A stretch of 64,000 nucleotides of DNA from Gammaproteobacteria bacterium (GTDB lineage: Bacteria; Pseudomonadota; Gammaproteobacteria; Eutrophobiales; Eutrophobiaceae). The stretch spans positions 2,752,001 to 2,816,000 of the forward strand of contig OZ220696.1 in assembly GCA_965116495.1 (NCBI GenBank). The letters run 5' to 3'. Under the pieces are notes generated by a model. It was not told where the DNA came from and did no database searches. It saw nothing but the letters and a program-made list of their open reading frames with translations. Shown piece by piece: positions 1 to 7,889 of the stretch (positions are counted from its first letter, which is position 1; each line of letters opens with the position of its first letter). A program made the translations under genes and the position numbers.

Positions 1-921
1 TTCGACAACATTGTCTACATGGCGACGATCCGGGTACAGGAAGACTATATCCTGGTGGAAAAGGAAGATTTGCTGCCGTTTGAAGACTGTGTGCAGTTGA
101 TCAGAAATAACCCGATGGAATGCCAGGTGGCTGAACTGGGAAAGCTGAGCAACGCCTTCACGCAACACAACATCGCGCTTAAAGACTTGTATATCAATCT
201 CGATCCGGGGAAAAATAATCCCTACCTGCTGAGACGCGGCTACAACCTGGCTGAACTTTTCCTGGTGGCAATGGTTCCCTGCATCGGAGCGGGTTTAATC
301 TTCGCGCTCTCCTTGACAATCAATGTCAAAGACCTGGAACAAGCAACCATTAAATCTCTGCCGGCCAAACCAAAAAGCATAATTCAAATTGATAAGGACC
401 TGGGCGCTGTCATGACGTTGCTTTCCGAGTTTTCAGTGTTACTGGCCTATAACCTGGAAAATATCCACGTAAAGAAGACTGCGAAAGGCTACAACACCAG
501 CGCAAGCGGTCACTATGATCAATCATTCTCGCTGGCTCGACTGAACCGGATCGCGCGGGAGTTGGAAGGCAGGTTCCACCTGCAAAAAAACCGTTGGACC
601 TTGAATTCGTCCCTGTTCAAACCAGCGGCGGGGGAGACTGTCGAATTAGCGCCGTTACCGGCCAGCTTTGAGAATTACCGGCAGTTTGCCATTTCCAGTC
701 ATGCACGATTTTCCCTTATCGGTACCAGTCAAATACAGGACGCGGCACAAGGCTGGATCGAGTTGGCCTTCGACTATCCGAACAGTTCTGCCCTGCGGCA
801 ATCAATTCAGCGACTGCAGCAAATGGCGCTGCACGGTTACATACAAGACGTCGATATTACTACCCGGAAGAATGCGGGTTGGAAAAGTCTGACGATTATC
901 ATTGAAATCACCGGAACCTGA
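1..921 (+). CDS. Type IVb pilus accessory (PilO-like) membrane protein, probably 5'-partial
   Basis: Frame is open back to base 1; single TM segment (LFLVAMVPCIGAGLIFALSL); lies upstream of the pilP/pilQ/pilR-like genes. Confidence 0.45.
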   Translation, partial: FDNIVYMATIRVQEDYILVEKEDLLPFEDCVQLIRNNPMECQVAELGKLSNAFTQHNIALKDLYINLDPGKNNPYLLRRGYNLAELFLVAMVPCIGAGLIFALSLTINVKDLEQATIKSLPAKPKSIIQIDKDLGAVMTLLSEFSVLLAYNLENIHVKKTAKGYNTSASGHYDQSFSLARLNRIARELEGRFHLQKNRWTLNSSLFKPAAGETVELAPLPASFENYRQFAISSHARFSLIGTSQIQDAAQGWIELAFDYPNSSALRQSIQRLQQMALHGYIQDVDITTRKNAGWKSLTIIIEITGT

Positions 922-922
922 T

Positions 923-1588
923 ATGAAATCAATTATACTGCTGTTATTCCTTTCAGCCTGTACCGGCCAGGTTATCGCACAACCGGATAAAGCGGGTGGC
1001 GACGCTTCCCTGACCCGGCAAAAATTACCAGCCAAAACAATAATGCCGCGGGGTGACATTCCATGTCCACACTGTACCCTTGCCGAACAGCTTGTTGTCG
1101 ACCTGATTTATTACAAACAAGTCCTCGATATTCTTGAACAAATCGACCAGCAACGAAACAAAATCAATGCCGGCTTATTACAATCCATCCATGCCGAATT
1201 GATAAAAACCAGGCCAAATCTTGCTGCCTTGTTGAAATCGAATAACAAATCCAGGACGCGCCCCGGCCCGCCGGCAAAAAAAGTAAAGAAACCGGTTAAA
1301 AAACCAGCAAAACCCGTAAAGAAAACGCCGCCCAAACAAGGTATGGAAGGATTGGCCGTCGGACACGTCAATGAAGAAAACCAGCAACTGGGCATCAAGG
1401 CCAGTGTGGTCCTGATCAGTAACGGGCGGCCGCGCTCCCTGAATGTCGGCGCTGCCATTGAACATAACCGGCGTATGTTTAAAATTCTCAAAGTCATCTA
1501 CGTCGAAGACCGGAACAATGGCAACCGACACGAAGTTCACCTGCAGGACCAAACCAGCAAACAAATCCATATTGTCCCCTGGAAATAA
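923..1588 (+). CDS. Pilus accessory lipoprotein (PilP-position protein)
   Basis: ATG at 923 gives MKSIILLLFLSAC (lipobox LSA/C); CPHC motif; Lys/Pro-rich linker; beta-rich C-terminus; stop overlaps the ATPase start. Confidence 0.5.
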   Translation: MKSIILLLFLSACTGQVIAQPDKAGGDASLTRQKLPAKTIMPRGDIPCPHCTLAEQLVVDLIYYKQVLDILEQIDQQRNKINAGLLQSIHAELIKTRPNLAALLKSNNKSRTRPGPPAKKVKKPVKKPAKPVKKTPPKQGMEGLAVGHVNEENQQLGIKASVVLISNGRPRSLNVGAAIEHNRRMFKILKVIYVEDRNNGNRHEVHLQDQTSKQIHIVPWK

Positions 1589-3198
1589 TGTTTAGCTCTC
1601 TGAGAAAGCAAAAAGCGGCGTTTCCCCTGCCGACATTCGACCAGGAAGCGCCCGGCAACTCCGTTACGGCGACACCGCTGATCACCAATTTTGAAGAGCT
1701 GGAAGATATTCAGGTCACGACGAATGCCGACATTCTCACGGAAACACAAAAGATGAACGGGGCCTGTCCCGGATTTATCGCTGAAGACGCGCAACTGTAT
1801 TGCATCGACCGCAGCGACCTGAACAAACACGAAGCCCTGGCGCTGAATCAACTGGTTAACCTCATCAGGGAGGTGCTTCATAAAGAACCTGTCATTCGCC
1901 AGACCACGCGTTCGGTATTTGAATCCTTCATTAATAAAAACAAAGAGATTTCACTGCAACAACAAACCCGGGAAAGCTCCAACCAGGTTAATGAGTTACT
2001 CGCGCAGGCCATCAACTATCATGCCACGGATATTCACCTGGAAATCAGAAATAACAAAACTACCGTGTCCCAGCGTATCTATGGCCGACTCTCAACCAGT
2101 CAATCCTTTGACAAAAGCCAGGGGATAAAAATTATCTCAGCGATCTGGAACATCTATGTTAACCAGCCATTCAGCAATGGCGACGTCGCCAAGGACGGGC
2201 GTTTTAACTTCGATTATAAAGGGCAAAAATGGCTTTGCCGGGTGTCATACGGCTATTCAAAAGTCACCGATGAACGCAGCCTGGCTATTCGGTTGCGGGA
2301 CATGAAGCATATCCCTGATATCACCACCCTCGGTTACCATGATACCCAATTACATACCTTAAAGAGAATTTCAGCCGATAAAGGCATTACGCTGATCATC
2401 GGCGCGGTCAACTCCGGCAAATCGACCACACAAACCGCTATCATGAAGACCCGACCGGCCCTGGAGAAGAATCTGGAGATATCAGACCAGATCGAAGTTG
2501 AACTGGATAATTTTGTTCAACTCCAGTTACCGATCGAAGGCACCGAAGAAATCATCCGGGAAAACAAGGAAAAACTCCGGCGTATTTCCACTCGGCACGA
2601 TGTGGATTTTATCGCCATCAACGAAATACGCGACAAGGAAACTGCTGTCATGGCCTCCTCCATGATGCTTCAGGGAACCACCGGAGTCGCATCAATTCAC
2701 GGTTCAGGCTGGGTTGACGCCATCAACCGGCTGATCTCGAAAACCGATTTGGGAATCAGCCCGGATATCCTGTTCTCCGAGTCTTTCCTGAGTTTAATCA
2801 TCGTTCAATCCCTGATTGGTGTTCTTTGCCGGAACTGCAAACTTGATACACATGTTGACCCGTTCTGGCAGGAATACTACCGGAACGGTTTCGGAGCGGA
2901 TATCAGTCAAAACGTTCGCTACCTCAACAGCCGGGGTTGTCGCGCCTGCCGGCATTCAGGAATCGAAAAACTCACCCTTGTGGCCGAATGTATTCCGATA
3001 ACAGAAGCGAACCGTCACCTGCTGATGAATACCACCAACCCCCAGGCGATGCGTGACTGGATGTACGAAAACGGCGTATTGAATATTCACCGGCATGCCT
3101 ATTCAAAGATTATCAAAGGCGAACTGGACCCGTTGCTCACCCAGCGCAAGATAGGCAATTTCAACAAAGGGAACCTGTACGATGCATGGCATCATTGA
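1588..3198 (+). CDS. Type II/IV secretion-pilus assembly ATPase (GspE/PilB/PilQ family)
   Basis: ATDIHLE motif, Walker A GAVNSGKST, Walker B INEIRD, His box ASIH, tetracysteine CRNC...CRAC. Confidence 0.9.
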   Translation: MFSSLRKQKAAFPLPTFDQEAPGNSVTATPLITNFEELEDIQVTTNADILTETQKMNGACPGFIAEDAQLYCIDRSDLNKHEALALNQLVNLIREVLHKEPVIRQTTRSVFESFINKNKEISLQQQTRESSNQVNELLAQAINYHATDIHLEIRNNKTTVSQRIYGRLSTSQSFDKSQGIKIISAIWNIYVNQPFSNGDVAKDGRFNFDYKGQKWLCRVSYGYSKVTDERSLAIRLRDMKHIPDITTLGYHDTQLHTLKRISADKGITLIIGAVNSGKSTTQTAIMKTRPALEKNLEISDQIEVELDNFVQLQLPIEGTEEIIRENKEKLRRISTRHDVDFIAINEIRDKETAVMASSMMLQGTTGVASIHGSGWVDAINRLISKTDLGISPDILFSESFLSLIIVQSLIGVLCRNCKLDTHVDPFWQEYYRNGFGADISQNVRYLNSRGCRACRHSGIEKLTLVAECIPITEANRHLLMNTTNPQAMRDWMYENGVLNIHRHAYSKIIKGELDPLLTQRKIGNFNKGNLYDAWHH

Positions 3199-4213
3199 AA
3201 ATCAATTACATAAGCTTAAATCCCTTTATCTCCGTACTCTCCTGTTCAATAATGATACCCGGGTGTACTTTTATGCAACGTTGCGGGAGTACCTGAAAAG
3301 TCATTTTCCGTTGTTGGGAGTGTTCAGCCACATTCAGCAGCAAAGCAAAAATCCGGCGCTGCAGGAAATTGCCAAACTCAGTAAATCAGCCATTCGCAAT
3401 AATCAGCCCTTCGCCACGCACTACTACCGCACCGGCCTTTTTACCGAACAGGAAAGCAACCTGTTGATACTGGGGGAACGCTATGATTGCATGGATACCA
3501 TCACCAGCCTGTTGCTGGACCAGGACAACCAGACCCCGGCACTACTGCAAATCCTGTCAAGCAGCATTCAATGGATATTCATGACGCTGGTAATCAGCGC
3601 CATGTCCATCTATACGCTGCCATACCTGCAAAACTACACCAGCGGTTATGACCTGTTTTTCGATTACGTGACGTTTATCAAAACCTGGTGGCTATACATA
3701 CTCGGCTTGTCAATCGGCGCCATGACCCTCTATCACTGGTGCTCCTTCCACCTGACCGGGCCGGTGCGTATGGTCCTGACAGCCTGCGGATTTTTCCGGG
3801 TACAGGGCATGTTGATTGAACGACGGTTCTTGAAAATCAGCAGCGCGTTGATCGCCACCCGCCTGCCCCCTGACGAATTCCTGCAGTTGATGGAGACCAC
3901 CTTTGCCAGACACAGGTTGTTCGGGCTGGCATTACAGAAAAGCAGGGCCGGACTGAAGGAGACCTCGTTGCTGCAAGTCCTCCGGGGCGTATTGTCTCCG
4001 TATACCTATGCTCACGTTCTATCCTGTTCGCCTAACCAGACCCCGGACGAAATCGCCAACGGATTCAACATGGCGGGACGTATGCTGAACATCAGGTTGA
4101 CGAAGACCATCAAGGCCTACCGGGATTTCTACACGATTTTATTTTTAGGCGTCAGCATTGCCATCACCGTCCCCTTTGCCCTGGTTTCCATGGGCATGGG
4201 AATTGATATCTGA
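3182..4213 (+). CDS. Pilus inner-membrane platform protein (GspF/PilC/PilR-like)
   Basis: Three TM segments separating two cytoplasmic domains; directly after the ATPase. Confidence 0.75.
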   Translation: MHGIIENQLHKLKSLYLRTLLFNNDTRVYFYATLREYLKSHFPLLGVFSHIQQQSKNPALQEIAKLSKSAIRNNQPFATHYYRTGLFTEQESNLLILGERYDCMDTITSLLLDQDNQTPALLQILSSSIQWIFMTLVISAMSIYTLPYLQNYTSGYDLFFDYVTFIKTWWLYILGLSIGAMTLYHWCSFHLTGPVRMVLTACGFFRVQGMLIERRFLKISSALIATRLPPDEFLQLMETTFARHRLFGLALQKSRAGLKETSLLQVLRGVLSPYTYAHVLSCSPNQTPDEIANGFNMAGRMLNIRLTKTIKAYRDFYTILFLGVSIAITVPFALVSMGMGIDI

Positions 4214-4231
4214 CCGCAGGAGGGAAATACC

Positions 4232-4675
4232 ATGAACCAGGTTGCCATTGTATTCGGATTAATCATCACGAGCGTTGTCGGTTTCGGCGCATATACCGCG
4301 CTGGCGCCTCTGGTCACCCAGTCGGAAAACCGCAATATGGCGGCAGAGATTATTAACGTGGTGAATGCCGCGTCGGAATATCGCTGGGTAAACCGCAACG
4401 AGACGGGCCTCGCCGCCGCGGATTTTGAAGATATGGTAGATAACGGCTACCTGGACTCGGAATTGTATGACGACGGGGCCGCTGAGAGCGTAATAGAAAC
4501 GGATATCACAGCCAGTCCCGGCGCGGCGACTCCCATCATCACCTACGATGCCGGCGACGCGCAAAGCTGTAACTGGCTGTTGGACCGGGCGGTAACCGGC
4601 AAGTGGGCCAACGTGGACACAGACAGCGCTACAAATGCCTGCGCCACCGCGACCCTGACCGTCGCGATAGAGTAA
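4232..4675 (+). CDS. Pilin-like protein (putative major subunit), no prepilin leader
   Basis: N-terminal hydrophobic helix then amphipathic helix, 'DMVDNGYL' motif, two C-terminal Cys; strong RBS GGAGG. Confidence 0.7.
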   Translation: MNQVAIVFGLIITSVVGFGAYTALAPLVTQSENRNMAAEIINVVNAASEYRWVNRNETGLAAADFEDMVDNGYLDSELYDDGAAESVIETDITASPGAATPIITYDAGDAQSCNWLLDRAVTGKWANVDTDSATNACATATLTVAIE

Positions 4676-4678
4676 GCC

Positions 4679-5125
4679 ATGCCGATTGCCTTATACCAGT
4701 TTGCGTTGGCCGCTGTTTTCGTCCTGGGTATAACCACGATGATACAACCCCACCGGCAGACCCGCGGCTATATGCAGACCTTGAAGGATATAGAGCTGGC
4801 CGGCATCGACTACATCGGCGCACACTGCGCCGCTCTGCCGGATACGCTGACCGACGTCCGGTTGCAGGACTCGGGCCACCTGGACGGCGGCTTCAACGGC
4901 CGGGGCGTCGCGTTCACCTGGCGCCTGGCTGATCACCCCGTCGTGACTATCAACGCCAGGGGGAATACCGACCACCTGGCGTTCCTGGCCGGACGCACGT
5001 TGGGAGAGTTTGGAGGGGACGGTTCCTACTCTTTTATCCCTGGGCGCGACGTGACTTTGTTCCGGGCGGCAAACCCCGGATACAACCTGTTTGCCTACGA
5101 TGAAAATGACTTCTCGTGTAATTAA
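4679..5125 (+). CDS. Pilin-like protein (minor subunit)
   Basis: N-terminal hydrophobic helix, 'LQDSGHL' pilin-like motif, two Cys; follows the pilin gene. Confidence 0.6.
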   Translation: MPIALYQFALAAVFVLGITTMIQPHRQTRGYMQTLKDIELAGIDYIGAHCAALPDTLTDVRLQDSGHLDGGFNGRGVAFTWRLADHPVVTINARGNTDHLAFLAGRTLGEFGGDGSYSFIPGRDVTLFRAANPGYNLFAYDENDFSCN

Positions 5126-5152
5126 CCCTGCTTTCTCGCCAGGTGGCTCGTC

Positions 5153-5794
5153 GTGAATGTTCTACCCAGCGTTTACTTCATGCTGATATTCAGCCTGTTA
5201 TCGCTGGGACTGAGTTTTCAGGTAGAGGAACGGGCGCGCTCCCTGGTACCGGACCGGGTTCAGAACAGCATCATACAACTGGCCTTGGCGCAGCACCGCT
5301 ATATTTCCGACCCGGCTAATCCCGACTTCGGCAGTTATGCCGGGGATATTGATATACTGGCGGCAAGCGGGTACCTGCCGGTCTGGGAAACGGACGCGGC
5401 GTTCACCTTCGCCAACACCACCCAGCCGGGGTTCACCATCCAATACAGCGCACAAAACAATGCCGAAGCCGGGCGCATCGCCGGGCGCCTGGGCGCGGTG
5501 GCCCAGGTCAGCGACAACGTAGTCACGGTGGGCTTTGCCGACCCCACCGACCTCACCCTGCTGGATGAGTTTGTGACGCGGGACGACAATGAGTTTGTGC
5601 TGCGCGTCGGCGATGAGATGTCCGGTACATTGAGCTTCAGCGCCGGTCTGGGTGAGGCCATTGATTTAAACCAGAACTCATTGACTGACGTGTTGCGGAT
5701 CATTGCCCGTAATCCCGTCGCCAGCGGCACCGTGGAAGCAGATATTATCGTGGGAACTACCGCCACCTTCAACGACATTCTCATCAACCCTTAA
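5153..5794 (+). CDS. PilV-like minor pilin / tip adhesin
   Basis: GTG start with AGGTGG RBS; N-terminal TM helix, 'AQHRYI...LAASGYLP' as in PilV N-domains; last gene of the operon. Confidence 0.55.
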   Translation: MNVLPSVYFMLIFSLLSLGLSFQVEERARSLVPDRVQNSIIQLALAQHRYISDPANPDFGSYAGDIDILAASGYLPVWETDAAFTFANTTQPGFTIQYSAQNNAEAGRIAGRLGAVAQVSDNVVTVGFADPTDLTLLDEFVTRDDNEFVLRVGDEMSGTLSFSAGLGEAIDLNQNSLTDVLRIIARNPVASGTVEADIIVGTTATFNDILINP

Positions 5795-5993
5795 CCCGGA
5801 AAATACAATAGTCCGGCAGGAGGAAAGACGCTACACAAGATTGAACAAAGCAACAATATCCGTGGTAGTTAAATGAATCATTCCCGTAACGCGGGATGAT
5901 CGTGTCCCTTGAGGACATGACAACAGCAACCGACCCGAGGGCTGAAATACGCCCCCGGGCGTATTCCTCTCGTGGTCCAACCACAGGAGAAAT

Positions 5994-6299
5994 ATGATGA
6001 AGATATCACTGAAATACCTGGTGATCGTTTTTGTGCTCCTTATCGTGGGCAGTCAGGCCGTAGCCAGTCCGTATTTGGCTGAGGCAAGGAAGGTGATGCT
6101 CAAGTGCGCCTTGACGGAGGTAAAGCCGCAGGTCGTTTATCGTGCATACGATAAGACCGGCAATACCACCCGCAGGAGCAGTAAAGTCGATAAGGACGAA
6201 AGCCTTGAAGACGCGTTGATACGGAGCAACCTGGGTTGCATCGTGAAGACGGTCGATTCAATGCTGACGTACAAAAAACTGGAAAAATTCGTCCAGTAG
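5994..6299 (+). CDS. Small secreted hypothetical protein
   Basis: AGGAG RBS, Sec signal ending AVA, two Cys, followed by a terminator. Confidence 0.65.
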   Translation: MMKISLKYLVIVFVLLIVGSQAVASPYLAEARKVMLKCALTEVKPQVVYRAYDKTGNTTRRSSKVDKDESLEDALIRSNLGCIVKTVDSMLTYKKLEKFVQ

Positions 6300-6320
6300 C
6301 ATCATTCGGCCTGCTGTACC

Positions 6321-6355
6321 GAAAAGCCGATCTCCGGATCGGCTTTTCTTTTTTT
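6321..6355. terminator. Intrinsic, probably bidirectional terminator
   Basis: GAAAAGCCGATC-TCCG-GATCGGCTTTTC then a T-run, between convergent genes. Confidence 0.9.
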
Positions 6356-6362
6356 ACGAATG

Positions 6363-7832
6363 CTATGTTCTTTCAACAATATTCACACAGAACTCCCGGA
6401 TGCTGTTCCGGTCTGGAGTGGGTATTCCACACGTATTGAATACCGCTTCATCAATACTTTCTATGAACGAAAGAACTTCTGTGACGCTTGGACAAGCTTC
6501 ATAGGCCTCCTGCGCTATGTGCCCCAACGTTTTCAGTGCATCAGCAGGCATTACAGGAACAGGAATCCTGGCGACGTAGCCGGCAGTAATCATATTTGAG
6601 CGCAGCAGCACGCCGCGCACCAGGTAGTTGCACAGGGAACTGTTCAGGTAACTCAATAGCCACCATCGGTCTTCTTCAGGGGGGAACAGGTTTGCATTCA
6701 CGCCGAAGGCCGAGTTGGCAGGGAGAATAGCCGCCCCGAATGATACACCCATTGATGAACAGGTGATGCCCGGAAGACCGATGTACGACTCATTCCGGAT
6801 AATGAAGTTCCCCACATTGCGTGCCACTTCTCGATAGTCATCACGCAAATACGCATCCGGTTCCGTAAAAAACCGGCGCTTGCCCGGATTCTTGTAGAAC
6901 GGTACGGTAAAACCCTTTCTTCGTGCGGGAGACAGGTGCGCCTTGTCGTTCCCGGTGGAGATCCCGGTCCGGCAGGGGAAGCGTTCGCCCAGGCGCGGCG
7001 CACTGAACAATGCGTGTACCGCCTCCGGTACTTCCACCACGAACTCGCTGCGGTCCTTGGGCGATGAGAGAAATACCTCTTCCGCCGGGTATGTTTGAAA
7101 CGCTTGAGTCCTGAGGATCCGTTCAAAGCACGTGGATGATTCCGGCCGACCTGCGACCTCAATCCTGTTCATACCCTGGGAACCCTTCTGCAAAATCAGG
7201 ATTGAGGTTCGCACATCGGCTCCCTGTTTCCTGAATAAATCGGTCGGACATAATAACAGCGAGTGAATCCGGCACTCCGACCGTATGAACCGGCGCAGAC
7301 CCTCATGTCCCCTTGCAGTCAAAAAGGAATCAAAGGTGATTAACCCGATCAGGCATCCGGGTTTTGCCACGCGGATGATCGCGTAGACAAACAAGGAGTA
7401 AAGGTTGAGGACCGCCTCCCTGCCAAAGCACAGGGCAAACCTTTTTTTATGTCTGCGCAGGTATTCGTGCTCGTGGCAGTTGTAAGGCGGGTTGGCGACG
7501 ATGATGTCGGCGTCCGGTATGCTTTTTTCGGTTGAAGGGACATCCAGTGTATCGACCACTGAAAACAGGAAATCGCGTTGCTCAAAATCAAAAAATTTGT
7601 CAGGGCCATAGTCGATAACGTCAAACCCGCACAAGCGGGCGCCGATAGGGCGAAATGGCGCCAGCAGTTCGCCGTTACCCACACAGGGGTCAAAAACCAG
7701 TTTCGGGTCCGGGTTGAGGGATAATAATTTTCGTTTGAAGAAATCGGCGACAGGTTCCGGTGTTGAGTAATAACCGGTGTCGCGCCGGTCGATGCCGGCG
7801 CTGTTGAAGACCGATTTTATGTGTCTGCCCAT
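6363..7832 (-). CDS. Orphan N6-adenine DNA methyltransferase (gamma class, TaqI/Eco57I-like)
   Basis: GYYSTP, SAM-binding FDPCVGNG, catalytic NPPY, C-terminal TRD-like region (GISTGND). Confidence 0.85.
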   Translation of the reverse strand: MGRHIKSVFNSAGIDRRDTGYYSTPEPVADFFKRKLLSLNPDPKLVFDPCVGNGELLAPFRPIGARLCGFDVIDYGPDKFFDFEQRDFLFSVVDTLDVPSTEKSIPDADIIVANPPYNCHEHEYLRRHKKRFALCFGREAVLNLYSLFVYAIIRVAKPGCLIGLITFDSFLTARGHEGLRRFIRSECRIHSLLLCPTDLFRKQGADVRTSILILQKGSQGMNRIEVAGRPESSTCFERILRTQAFQTYPAEEVFLSSPKDRSEFVVEVPEAVHALFSAPRLGERFPCRTGISTGNDKAHLSPARRKGFTVPFYKNPGKRRFFTEPDAYLRDDYREVARNVGNFIIRNESYIGLPGITCSSMGVSFGAAILPANSAFGVNANLFPPEEDRWWLLSYLNSSLCNYLVRGVLLRSNMITAGYVARIPVPVMPADALKTLGHIAQEAYEACPSVTEVLSFIESIDEAVFNTCGIPTPDRNSIREFCVNIVERT

Positions 7833-7889
7833 CAGACATCACTGTAGGCGATTTTGCTATGGGTTCGGACCGTCTGAGACAGCCTGATT

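Noticed and set aside
3182-5794. Platform and three pilin genes all in the same reading frame (possible readthrough polyprotein)
   Set aside because: Each has a normal stop and a plausible start of its own; four genes sharing a frame is plausible by chance.
5153-6360. Shufflon downstream of the PilV-like gene
   Set aside because: No repeated sfx-like sites, alternative C-terminal cassettes or Rci recombinase are visible.
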